DNA of 64,000 nt from an uncultured archaeon (GTDB lineage: Archaea; Asgardarchaeota; Thorarchaeia; Thorarchaeales; Thorarchaeaceae): the NCBI GenBank assembly GCA_964473825.1, contig CAYYQL010000002.1, forward strand, positions 96,001 through 160,000. Direction: 5' to 3'. The notes beneath the pieces were generated by a model, which worked only from the letters and a program-made list of their open reading frames with translations, ran no database searches and was not told where the DNA came from. Each line of letters opens with the position of its first letter. Position 1 is the first letter of the stretch. The translations under genes were made by a program, and so were the position numbers. This document shows positions 36,559 to 46,815 of the stretch, piece by piece.

Positions 36559-38364
36559 GTGGTGACCGTGTCACACTCTCATTCAGGAAAGAACAGAAAA
36601 CTGCGTTCCCCTATTGTCACCGTTCTTGGTCACATAGACCATGGCAAGACATCATTACTTGATAAGATGAGGGGTACAGCTGTTCAAAGTAGAGAGGCGG
36701 CCGGGATAACTCAACACATTGGAGCCTCATTCTTTCCAACTGCAACCATTGAATCAGTATGCGGTGATTTGTTGAAGAGCATGACGACCGAGCTCGATAT
36801 AGACGGACTTCTCTTCATCGATACTCCCGGTCATGAGGCATACCTCAATTTAAGACGGCGCGGTGGGTCGATTGCGGATATTGCCGTTCTTGTTGTTGAC
36901 ATTACCGAGGGGCCACTGACTCAGACCTATGAATCACTGAAAATTCTTCGTTTGGGCAAGACACCGTTTGTCATAGCTGCGAACAAGCTCGATAAGATAC
37001 CAGGCTGGCAGTCCAAACCTGACAAGAAATTGATTCCATCCATAAGAGCACAGTCTAAAGCAGTACAGATGGAGATTGATAGAAGAATCTATGAGATAGT
37101 GGGCGCGCTTTCGGCAAATGACATCATGTCTGAACGATTTGATCGGGTAAAGGACTTCAAGAAAAGTGTGGCCATTGTCCCAACTAGCGCCAAGACCGGG
37201 GAGGGTGTTCCCGAACTGCTGGTTGTCTTGTCCGGTCTAACTCAGCAGTATCTGAAAGAACGTCTGACGTATACCGACGGACCTGCAAGGGGAGCCATCC
37301 TAGAAGTGCGCGAAGAAACCGGATTGGGAGTGACCCTTGATACCATCATCTATGATGGCGTATTGAAAAAAACCGATACGGTTGTGATAGGTGGTCTAGA
37401 GGGGGTCATTGTGGCCAAGATAAGAGCACTTCTTCAGCCGAAAGAACTTGATGAGATCCGCGATCCGAGAGAACGATTTGTCCCTGTCGATGAAGTTCAT
37501 GCTGCAGCAGGTGTTAAGATTGTGTCTCCAGACATCGAAAAAGCCGTGGCAGGAGCTCCGGTCTATGCAGTGGAAGACCCCGAGAATCTAGACGAGATTG
37601 TTGAGAGGGTGAGAGGAGAAGTTGCGGCGATTCGGATTAAGAAGGACTCGTCCGGAATCGTTCTCAAGACAGACACGCTAGGTTCATTGGAGGCAGTAGC
37701 ACAGTTTCTACAAGAGAGAAAGGTACCCGTACGTATTGCTGATGTGGGACCCATTGTAAAGCGGGATATTGTTGAAGCGGCAGCCGCAGGAGACACAGAT
37801 CCTCTCAATGCAGTAGTCCTCGGTTTCAATGTCAAAGTTTCCTCGGAGATGGAGGAGCTTGCTGCAGAGTATGGCGTTGAGATATTCCAGAGCGACGTCA
37901 TATATCGGCTATATGATGAATACAATGCATGGCTTGTTGTTAAGAGAGAGCAAGCAAAGGCAGAATCACTGAGCAGCATCGTTCGACCCGCCAAGATAGA
38001 ATTGATTCCAGACTATATCTTCAGACAGAGTGGACCGGCAGTCGTTGGTGTGCGGGTTCATGGCGTTCTTCGACCAAAGGTCGGTCTCATCAATGAGGAG
38101 GGAAAGCGGGTGGGGCAAGTACAGCAAATCCAAGATCGTAGTGTCACGATTGATGAGGCGACCAATGAGATGGAGGTAGCAGTTTCGATTCGTGGACCGA
38201 CAATAGGACGACAGGTGAAAAAGGATGAAACTCTGTACGTCGATGTGCCTGACAAGCACATACTGGCGATAAGAAAAAAATTCAAGGAAGACTTGACACA
38301 GCCCGAACTAGAGGTCTTAGAGGAGATTACCCAAATCAAACGAGCAGCTGGAGCCTTCATCTAG
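36559..38364 (+). CDS. infB: Translation initiation factor aIF5B/IF-2
   Basis: LRSPIV.VLGH.DHGKT, GITQHIGA, DTPGH, NKLD. Confidence 0.97.
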   Translation: MVTVSHSHSGKNRKLRSPIVTVLGHIDHGKTSLLDKMRGTAVQSREAAGITQHIGASFFPTATIESVCGDLLKSMTTELDIDGLLFIDTPGHEAYLNLRRRGGSIADIAVLVVDITEGPLTQTYESLKILRLGKTPFVIAANKLDKIPGWQSKPDKKLIPSIRAQSKAVQMEIDRRIYEIVGALSANDIMSERFDRVKDFKKSVAIVPTSAKTGEGVPELLVVLSGLTQQYLKERLTYTDGPARGAILEVREETGLGVTLDTIIYDGVLKKTDTVVIGGLEGVIVAKIRALLQPKELDEIRDPRERFVPVDEVHAAAGVKIVSPDIEKAVAGAPVYAVEDPENLDEIVERVRGEVAAIRIKKDSSGIVLKTDTLGSLEAVAQFLQERKVPVRIADVGPIVKRDIVEAAAAGDTDPLNAVVLGFNVKVSSEMEELAAEYGVEIFQSDVIYRLYDEYNAWLVVKREQAKAESLSSIVRPAKIELIPDYIFRQSGPAVVGVRVHGVLRPKVGLINEEGKRVGQVQQIQDRSVTIDEATNEMEVAVSIRGPTIGRQVKKDETLYVDVPDKHILAIRKKFKEDLTQPELEVLEEITQIKRAAGAFI

Positions 38365-38438
38365 TCGTGTTCTTCAGGGCATTACGAGAAATTGTGTACG
38401 ACGGAATCCTTTTAGGTGAACCTAGCAAGTCTAACAAC

Positions 38439-38751
38439 TGCAGCGGGCAGGGTGGGCCGTTTGCCGCGGCTGAAACCATAATGGCAATAATGGCACCAGT
38501 AACACCGTAGAGGCTGAACCCAGACTCTCATGGTTTTCGTTGCGTGACGTTGATGGGCGGTCTTTGGAGTCCGTCACGGCCGAAGCAGCATTCGTAAGTC
38601 TGCTGTGATCGGCTTAGACTTCCGAACCGTGTCAGGCCCTGGCGGGAACAGCACTTAGGATGGGTGGTGGAGCCCCAGAGGTAGCCGCTCTGAGAAGCGC
38701 ACCGAGTTCGCCATCAGCGAATGGACAGTCGAAGCTGTGTGGGCCGCTGCA
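38439..38751 (+). ncRNA. ffs: Archaeal SRP (7S) RNA
   Basis: Ends pair (TGCAGCGG/CCGCTGCA); ~313 nt; helix 6 with GUAA loop; helix 8 GAACCGTGTCAGGCCC-TGGC-GGGAACAGCAC. Confidence 0.85.
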
Positions 38752-38843
38752 CCTAATTATTCTTCTGCTGGTCAGATGCTCCGCTGAAATAGCATCCTTA
38801 CACACAAACGTTTAAGAGAAAAACGCAATCTCAGCAGATTTGA

Positions 38844-38991
38844 GCTGAGGTTTCCTAGCCTGGACTTCGACCTTATCAGATGTCGAAGGGGCAACAAGGA
38901 GCTGGCCTGCTATTCGCCCTTGCGTGAGGCAGGCGAGCTGTCAGTCAGTGCGGTTATCCGCGCGAGGGTTCGAATCCCTCCCTCAGCGCCA
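38844..38991 (+). tRNA. tRNA-Ser(GCT) with two introns (38864-38894 in D-loop; 38913-38942 at 37/38)
   Basis: Removing both BHB-like introns gives a cloverleaf with GCTGAGG/CCTCAGC acceptor, long variable arm, G73 and CCA. Confidence 0.88.
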
Positions 38992-39052
38992 TCTTCTCCC
39001 AGATTTTGACATATTGCTTCTCTTTAGCCACATCAAGACCTGATAGGATAAG

Positions 39053-39466
39053 TTATCCTATGAAGAGGCGAGCACTGCAAATCGGACAAAGAACAACCTT
39101 GTCGGCAATCGGCGTTGCATTGGCCAGCTCGAAGGACATGCCGCAGTCTGGACAACGGTACATCTCAAGCCCGCCCACCTGCTCTGCGGGTAAGGCATGA
39201 TGACGCATCGGTTCAAAGATCTCCCCATCGTTTGATGTATCGCCAGACACAGAATACCCCTGTGCCCATCTGAATGCTATATAGAGAAAGAGGATCACGC
39301 CGGGTACAAGCAGTATGGTGTAGAAGAGGATAGACTCATACGAAGCTGTGAGAACGACTCCTAGAATCAGAGTGATTCCTAGAGCCAACAATGTAAGGAA
39401 GACTGCCCAACGGAATGGGGATACCTCATCCTGTAGGTCATCTTCGCGGTAATCATCATTCATCAT
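39053..39466 (-). CDS. Two-TM membrane protein with C-terminal Zn ribbon
   Basis: Two hydrophobic segments; CPDC...CPIC. Confidence 0.75.
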   Translation of the reverse strand: MMNDDYREDDLQDEVSPFRWAVFLTLLALGITLILGVVLTASYESILFYTILLVPGVILFLYIAFRWAQGYSVSGDTSNDGEIFEPMRHHALPAEQVGGLEMYRCPDCGMSFELANATPIADKVVLCPICSARLFIG

Positions 39467-39499
39467 GATAAGAAGGATAGGAATCAGGGAGATTTCAGC

Positions 39500-39745
39500 C
39501 TACCGTATCGCAGAGAAATGAGAGAAGGGGGTCCGGCGGCGGTTTCGAATAGTTCGAGCTACTATGAATACAGACACGGCGAATACTCCTGCAACAAACA
39601 GCAGAAGAACTGCATTCGGTCGCTGGTCAGGAACAAACAGAACAATGAAGCCGGGAGATACAAGGAGCGCAATGACTAGAATCGTAAGGATTAGTCGTAT
39701 GCCCCTGATGGCCGGGTCTTCTTCGTGCCAAAGTTCCTCGTTCAT
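39500..39745 (-). CDS. Small two-TM membrane protein
   Basis: Two hydrophobic helices with basic C-tail. Confidence 0.65.
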   Translation of the reverse strand: MNEELWHEEDPAIRGIRLILTILVIALLVSPGFIVLFVPDQRPNAVLLLFVAGVFAVSVFIVARTIRNRRRTPFSHFSAIR

Positions 39746-39932
39746 AACAAGCACTAACAGCTTTCATGTTGATGCAGATAAGACTGCTTCGAAATGGTAA
39801 CAACGTTACCGCTAGTATGATGGCACATGGGAGAAAAACTGTGGTAGTTAATTGATGATGTATTCGCTCTCCTGGACGAAATCCGGATTCTTACCATTTT
39901 TGGCATCAGATTCACAGTTCTCTCTGTGATTG

Positions 39933-39973
39933 AAACAAAAAGAAGAAAGAACGCGGGCCGTGCGGCCCGGTTC
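39933..39973 (-). terminator. GC hairpin plus U-rich terminator after tuf
   Basis: CGGGCCG-CA-CGGCCCG followed by TTCTTTCTTCTTTTTGTTT on the minus strand. Confidence 0.7.
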
Positions 39974-39996
39974 AATGAACTAGGAGTTGTATCGGC

Positions 39997-41322
39997 CTAT
40001 TTCTTCTTGGCTGCGCCCATGTCTCTGGGCGTCACGTCAAGTACTACGCCCACAGCAACAGTCATACCCATGTCTCGCACTGCGAAACGTCCGAGCTGTG
40101 GAAGTTCCTTGTACTTCTCAATCACCATCGGCTTGAGTGGCACAAGTACCGCGTGCATCGACTCTCCCTTCTTGATGAAATCGGGATTCTCCTCGATGAC
40201 CTGGCCTGAGCGCTGGTCGAGTTTCTTGAGGAGCTTGTCAAATCTACATGCAATCTGTGCAGTATGCGCATGTATGACTGGGGTGTAGCCCACAGTGATT
40301 GCAGTCGGATGCTGGATGACCATTACCTGACCTGTGTAGTCTGCAGCCACAGTTGGTGGTGTATCAACAGGACCAGCAACGTCGCCACGACCGAGGTCTT
40401 TCCTCTCGACACCACGGACATTGAAGCCGATGTTGTCACCAGGAACTGCCTCATCCATTGTTTCATGGTGCATCTCGATGGTCTTGACCTCACCGGTCTT
40501 GTTTGGCGGCATGAACGTAATCTTTGAGCCTACCTTCAGGACACCGGTTTCGACACGACCAACTGGAACAGTACCGACGCCCTTGATAGAGTAGACGTCG
40601 TTGATTGGTACACGTAGGGGTTTGTCTATTGGCTTGGGAGGGAGTTCAACAGTGTCAAGTGCCTCCAGCAGGCTTGGGCCCTCGTACCATGGGGTCAGGT
40701 CAGGAGTCTTCTCCTTCAGGTTGCATGCGGATAGCGCAGAAGTTGGTATGAAGTCCATCTGATCTGTCTTGTAGCCGATGCTCTTCAGGAACCCACCGAC
40801 CTCTTCTTTGACTTCTTTGTACCTGTCCTGGCTGTATTCGACGCTATCATCGTCCATCTTATTGATGCACACAATGATGCTGGGAACACCAAGAGTCATC
40901 GCTAGGTATGCATGCTCCTTGGTCTGACCACCAGGGCCAACTCCGGCTTCAAACTCGCCTCTCTTGGCTGAAACAACCAAAAGAGCAACGTCTGCCTGAG
41001 ATGCACCTGTAATCATGTTCTTGATGAAGTCCTTGTGTCCGGGAGCGTCAATAATCGTGTAGTAGTACTTGTCAGTGAGGAACTTGAAGAACGCAATGTC
41101 TATTGTAAGTCCTCGCTCTCGCTCCTCTTTCAGCCTGTCAAGGGCAAATGCCCAAGCCCAGGAAGGACGGCCAAGCTTCTCGGCCTCAGCCTTGTGCTGC
41201 TGGAATGTTCTCTCGTCTACAGCACCGGTTTCGTAAAGCAATCTGCCCGTCATAGTGCTTTTACCGTGGTCAACGTGCCCTATGACGACCAGGTTTAGGT
41301 GCTCTTTATCTTTCTTACTCAA
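39997..41322 (-). CDS. tuf: Elongation factor 1-alpha
   Basis: GHVDHGKST, ERERGLTI, DAPGH, NKMD, LGRFAVRDM; TTG start inferred. Confidence 0.98.
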   Translation of the reverse strand: MSKKDKEHLNLVVIGHVDHGKSTMTGRLLYETGAVDERTFQQHKAEAEKLGRPSWAWAFALDRLKEERERGLTIDIAFFKFLTDKYYYTIIDAPGHKDFIKNMITGASQADVALLVVSAKRGEFEAGVGPGGQTKEHAYLAMTLGVPSIIVCINKMDDDSVEYSQDRYKEVKEEVGGFLKSIGYKTDQMDFIPTSALSACNLKEKTPDLTPWYEGPSLLEALDTVELPPKPIDKPLRVPINDVYSIKGVGTVPVGRVETGVLKVGSKITFMPPNKTGEVKTIEMHHETMDEAVPGDNIGFNVRGVERKDLGRGDVAGPVDTPPTVAADYTGQVMVIQHPTAITVGYTPVIHAHTAQIACRFDKLLKKLDQRSGQVIEENPDFIKKGESMHAVLVPLKPMVIEKYKELPQLGRFAVRDMGMTVAVGVVLDVTPRDMGAAKKK

Positions 41323-41475
41323 TTGTAACACCACGTTTTTATAAAGCCCAATCCCTCATCTGGGGAATGGACTAACCCTCCAGTTTGAGTGTTACTTTTA
41401 ATGATTTCGACAAGGTTCTTTCGCCAGGGCAGGTCATAGCAACACCGAGGAGCAATTCTGTGTGAAATCTCTCAG

Positions 41476-42135
41476 ATGTCCGGAGGACCTGATACGAAAG
41501 TAAGACCATCGGAAGTGAGATATCCGTCCTCTGTAGTAGGCCTGTTCGATGCAGAGAAAGCACCGGGAATCGCAGGTGGGCTTGAGGGGAAGATGGATGA
41601 TGACAGTGTACTGTATCCCTGTTATTTTGGAGCGCCAGCAGCAGGACTCCACTTGGAAGCACTCATCGCGTCCGGTGTCAGCACTGTGGTGATGGCCGGT
41701 GAAGGTGGTTCGATTTCCGCGGATTTGCCCATAGGTTCGATTGTTATTCCTACCTGTGGAATGAGAGAAGAAGGGACATCCTATCATTATCTTCCTCCAC
41801 AGGATACGGTCCTTCCATCGGAATCGCTTCTTAGGCAGATTGAGGAGTCGATTGGAGCAGATGGCTCGACACAGGGTGGTGTATGGACGACAGACGCAGG
41901 ACTCCGCGAAACCAAAGACAAGGTCATAAAATATGCAGAGAAAGGAATTGTAACGGTGGATATGGAATGTACTGCCCTGATGGCCATTGCAATATTCCGA
42001 GAGGTAGAATTCGCGGCAGTGCTTGTTGTCACAGATGAACTCTTTGCTGGACGATGGAAGAGAGGTTTTAGAAGCAGAGAAGTTGAAGTGGCAAAGAAAC
42101 ATGTTGCAGAGAGCATCGCGAGAGTTCTACACTAG
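41476..42135 (+). CDS. Nucleoside phosphorylase (PNP/UDP family)
   Basis: GAP, REEGTSYHY, WTTD...RET, VDME. Confidence 0.85.
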   Translation: MSGGPDTKVRPSEVRYPSSVVGLFDAEKAPGIAGGLEGKMDDDSVLYPCYFGAPAAGLHLEALIASGVSTVVMAGEGGSISADLPIGSIVIPTCGMREEGTSYHYLPPQDTVLPSESLLRQIEESIGADGSTQGGVWTTDAGLRETKDKVIKYAEKGIVTVDMECTALMAIAIFREVEFAAVLVVTDELFAGRWKRGFRSREVEVAKKHVAESIARVLH

Positions 42136-42347
42136 CTCTGTTGTCTGCAGAGACCGGTGTTCCAGTAGTTCTTTGACGGAAGTTCTGGTTCTGCGTGCTA
42201 GGTCTGTCTGACGGTCTTGCCCCAAGACACTTCCGCCCCCACCATCTTCTTCCATGTTTCGGGATTCATCAGTGGCATCATGGAACAAGAGTGTCACTAC
42301 TAGCTGAAAGAAATAGCGAGTGCTCCTTTCCGATCCGTTCAGGTGTG

Positions 42348-42899
42348 TCATACTAAGAGACTGCGTATCCAGTTTCTAACTTGCTCGAAGTCCCGAAAGT
42401 CTATGACTTCAGGAATCTCCTCATCCGTCTTCTGTCTGCTCTTGACGATTTTCTTAACAAGAAATCCCACTAAACGATTATACTTGGAGAAATCAAAGGC
42501 CCCGCCAAATAGGCCTGTCGAAACTGGATTGAGGCCCGGATAGGAAGAGGCGACCTTATCCAAGTATTCTTCTTGTGCAATCTCGCATCTTTCAGGATCC
42601 CCAGCGTCACCACATACTACAAAGAGTGCAGTCTTGGTGTCTGAGAGAAGCGCTAGGTTGGTTTCGATGAATTTGAGAGGCTCCTTTGTCCATTGACCTG
42701 CCTGTATCCCACTCCCAATAACGACGAGGTCGTAGGCTGAGAGGCCCTCAGACGGTTGGGCCTCCTTCAGATTGAAGACATCAACCTGTACATTCTGCTC
42801 ACGTGCAGTCTTCGCCATCTCCTCAACAATACCTATTGTGGTCCCATAGCGTGTCCCGTAGCCAATCAGCATGCGTTCAATCATGGCAATCTCCTTCAA
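42348..42899 (-). CDS. Flavodoxin-domain protein (HemG-like)
   Basis: Y.TRYGTT, YD.VVIGS.I..G.W, FGG...F, DFRD...V..W. Confidence 0.85.
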   Translation of the reverse strand: MKEIAMIERMLIGYGTRYGTTIGIVEEMAKTAREQNVQVDVFNLKEAQPSEGLSAYDLVVIGSGIQAGQWTKEPLKFIETNLALLSDTKTALFVVCGDAGDPERCEIAQEEYLDKVASSYPGLNPVSTGLFGGAFDFSKYNRLVGFLVKKIVKSRQKTDEEIPEVIDFRDFEQVRNWIRSLLV

Positions 42900-43115
42900 T
42901 CAAGACGATCGGGATGCTTTTGAACCTTCCACTCGTCCATAGTGCTAGAGCAGTTTCCTGTAAAGGAGAGAAGCGTTTACTTCTTCAAAAAGAGATAGTG
43001 ATGCTCACGTTGCTTCTAACGCAAGCACTTCTTCGCGAGAGGGGGTGTTGTTACCTTGGGAGGAGACATCATTGCCCTGAAGCTGCTCAGCGATAGGCTG
43101 CGAGGTCATAACAGA

Positions 43116-43199
43116 CTATCTCCTAAAGTATGAGTATGCAACAGCATCAGCGGAATCGGGATACTTCATTGTCTTCGTTTTGTTCTTAGCAAGTGCCAT
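43116..43199 (-). CDS. 27-aa micropeptide B (MALAKNKTKTMKYPDSADAVAYSYFRR)
   Basis: GAGGTGA SD 7 nt upstream; similar to adjacent peptide A. Confidence 0.55.
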   Translation of the reverse strand: MALAKNKTKTMKYPDSADAVAYSYFRR

Positions 43200-43206
43200 G
43201 ATTGAT

Positions 43207-43308
43207 TCACCTCAGAATGGTGTAGTATGCGTAACCAATGGCTTGGGTAGACTGAATGGTCTTGTTCTTCTTCTCGGAGTCAGTTCGGTTGTTGGTTGTT
43301 AGAGCCAT
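43207..43308 (-). CDS. 33-aa micropeptide A (MALTTNNRTDSEKKNKTIQSTQAIGYAYYTILR)
   Basis: TTATATA box ~33-39 nt upstream; similar to adjacent peptide B. Confidence 0.55.
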   Translation of the reverse strand: MALTTNNRTDSEKKNKTIQSTQAIGYAYYTILR

Positions 43309-43378
43309 GATATTTCACAAGGATTACCACTCAGAATCAGTATATAATGGAAAGCCACAATGGAGGGTCACGCAATGA

Positions 43379-43395
43379 AGTCACAATTTGTGACT
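43379..43395. promoter_or_regulatory. Perfect palindrome AGTCACAA-T-TTGTGACT, candidate operator
   Basis: 8-1-8 inverted repeat ~30 nt upstream of the TATA of the micropeptide pair. Confidence 0.55.
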
Positions 43396-43517
43396 ATGTG
43401 GATTGTGCTCCGGGCTTGGTGAGAACTAAGGAGATAGGCTGTTCGTGAGCCCATGGATTCCATTCTCTACAGCAAGGGATCCTTCGAAAAAACGGCCCAC
43501 AAAGTGCGAAATCGAGT

Positions 43518-44207
43518 CTATCTTGCCGACCGTGCTACACGTTCACGTTCATCCTTTCGGGAGATCGCATAGCTTGAAGGGTCTGCATTATATGCAAGAA
43601 GCAGTTCATCAACGATGCATTGCTCGACAGGTTTTGCGCTCTTATGGGCCGCCCGAATAGCGCCCACCGAGAGATACCTCAGGGCTATGTCGATTCTACG
43701 CTGTGGAGCAACATCGACTGAGCGGGGATATGCCATTCCACCGTAAGAAATGCGGGTTGTTTCCTCTGCTGGAGCTGCATTCTCTACGGCCGTCACCAAG
43801 ACCTGCATAGGATTCAAGCCGGTCCTATAGTCGATAATCTCGAAAGCCCGTCGAAGGAAAGAGATCATGCGGAGTTTCTTACCAGCACCTCGACCAGTAC
43901 GAGTCTTCTTTTCCTTGCGTTTTCCGGCGTTCATGAGCTTGTTAACAAAGCGCTCTACTATAGGCACTCTAGATTTGTGAAATCTGCTTCGAGCATGTCT
44001 TCCAGATGTATGAGGAATCAGAACAGGCTTGAGTGAAATGTAACGTTCAAGGCCAATATCCTTGATCTCTACCCTTGATGGATCCCACTTACCGAATAGA
44101 AGAAGGTCCGGAGTTTCTTCTGGTTGAATAGCCTCAGGGGGTTGACCGCCTTCGGGTTGTTCCTGTTCTCCTTCCACATCATTATCGACAGTTTCTTCTT
44201 CAGACAT
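43518..44207 (-). CDS. rps7: 30S ribosomal protein uS7 (acidic N-terminal extension)
   Basis: LFGKW, PHT.GRH, IVER, NP.QVLV.A.EN, VD.AP.RR. Confidence 0.97.
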   Translation of the reverse strand: MSEEETVDNDVEGEQEQPEGGQPPEAIQPEETPDLLLFGKWDPSRVEIKDIGLERYISLKPVLIPHTSGRHARSRFHKSRVPIVERFVNKLMNAGKRKEKKTRTGRGAGKKLRMISFLRRAFEIIDYRTGLNPMQVLVTAVENAAPAEETTRISYGGMAYPRSVDVAPQRRIDIALRYLSVGAIRAAHKSAKPVEQCIVDELLLAYNADPSSYAISRKDERERVARSAR

Positions 44208-44216
44208 TGTGAGCAC

Positions 44217-44660
44217 CTAGCGAATTGGTTTCTCGGCCTTACCATAGATTAGAGACTCAAGGCTGACGCCATTGACCTTGATAACTTTCCATCGCACGCC
44301 CGGAAGGTCACCCATAGCCCCACCCATTGCACCGCCGATGCCTTCCACAAGCACTTGATCGTGTTCGTCTATGTATTTTAGACCGCCATCGCCCGGGATG
44401 AAAGCTGTGATTTGTTTACCATTCTTGGACAACTGCAATCGAACAGCCTTCCTTATAGCCGAGTTTGGTTGCTTACTCTCAATTCCAACCTTCTCAAGCA
44501 CAATTCCTCGAGCCTGAGGAGCTCCCTCTAGAGGATCGGTCTTCTTCCTTAGATTCAATACTTGCCTTTTGTAGCTGGCCTTCTTCCATCTAAATCGCTT
44601 TCTCTTGGCCTTTAATGCCCGGCCAGCGAATTCGCCCAACGGACTCTTCGACCCTGTCAA
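44217..44660 (-). CDS. rps12: 30S ribosomal protein uS12
   Basis: [19 protein letters not shown]. Confidence 0.98.
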   Translation of the reverse strand: MTGSKSPLGEFAGRALKAKRKRFRWKKASYKRQVLNLRKKTDPLEGAPQARGIVLEKVGIESKQPNSAIRKAVRLQLSKNGKQITAFIPGDGGLKYIDEHDQVLVEGIGGAMGGAMGDLPGVRWKVIKVNGVSLESLIYGKAEKPIR

Positions 44661-44772
44661 TTACATTACCTCTATCATAGCTAAGGAGCCTACATTCATG
44701 GTGTGCTCTGTGGGTGGTCAGTGCATCGCCCTTATGTATGCTTAAAAGCATTATGAAACGGGGCTGTGTGTT

Positions 44773-45207
44773 TCATGCGATAACAACATTATCAACGTCA
44801 AAATGTCGTCTGACAAGAATCCGAGCTCGCGCAACGTTACGGCCATCCTTGCCTATTGCAATGCCACGATCCTCTTCGTTCACAGTGACGCTAGCAACCT
44901 TAGTTCCATCTTTCTGTTCGGAGATTACCACATTCTTAACTCGTGCTGGGGCTAGCGCACTCTTTACAAACTCCTCTGGAGTGTCCGCGATTTCGACAAT
45001 GTCAATATGCCTGCCCAAGACTTCTGATGCGTGTCGTACGTTTGACCCCCCCTTTCCTATGGCTTTTCCCAAGTGCTTTCTGGGCACTACAAAAATCAAT
45101 CGTTCTGCTTCATCATCTCTAACGACATCAACTGCAGGAGCACCTGTGATTTTTTCGAATGAAGCAATGAGTGACATATCCTCCATTGAGATCTTGACAC
45201 TGGGCAA
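44773..45207 (-). CDS. nusA: Archaeal NusA (two KH domains)
   Basis: AIGKGG.NV and AIGK.G.NV; TTG start inferred. Confidence 0.93.
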   Translation of the reverse strand: MPSVKISMEDMSLIASFEKITGAPAVDVVRDDEAERLIFVVPRKHLGKAIGKGGSNVRHASEVLGRHIDIVEIADTPEEFVKSALAPARVKNVVISEQKDGTKVASVTVNEEDRGIAIGKDGRNVARARILVRRHFDVDNVVIA

Positions 45208-45217
45208 ACGGCTCGCC

Positions 45218-45517
45218 TCACACCATGTCAAGTATTCTTGAGTCGCCAGGCTTGATGACTGCAATAGCAGAAACCATGAACGGTTTCCCAATGACTTCAC
45301 CCAGATCCCAAGACGTGCCCTGGAATATTGTGAGTTTTGTGCCGCTCATCTGTGTGTATTGTTCGATGTCTTCATACGCATCCACAGGACAGTTAGCCGC
45401 AACTACTACCAGTTTCGCCTCACCCTTTCTAAGGGCGTCGATAGACTCTTGCGTACCGATGCGGCACTCGCCTGTGTTGACTGCACTCTCGATTGGTTGA
45501 TTTAGGCTCAATTCCAA
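45218..45517 (-). CDS. rpl30e: 50S ribosomal protein eL30
   Basis: AKLVVVA.NCP, LG...GKPF.VS, GDS.IL. Confidence 0.96.
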   Translation of the reverse strand: MELSLNQPIESAVNTGECRIGTQESIDALRKGEAKLVVVAANCPVDAYEDIEQYTQMSGTKLTIFQGTSWDLGEVIGKPFMVSAIAVIKPGDSRILDMV

Positions 45518-45615
45518 ATACCTCGCTATTCTATGTTATAACTTCTTATTGAACCTGAAGCGGTTCTTTCGGGTTGAAGCACCGTTTTAATGCTTCCGTA
45601 CTGTGCCTCCAAACC

Positions 45616-46815
<1,200 letters not shown>

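Noticed and set aside
38844-38991. tRNA-Sec
   Set aside because: Length is explained by two introns; anticodon is GCU with a 7/5 acceptor/T-stem
43005-43109. Third small ORF (MTSQPIAEQ...) after the micropeptide pair
   Set aside because: Has an AGGAG upstream but no similarity to the pair and no other support
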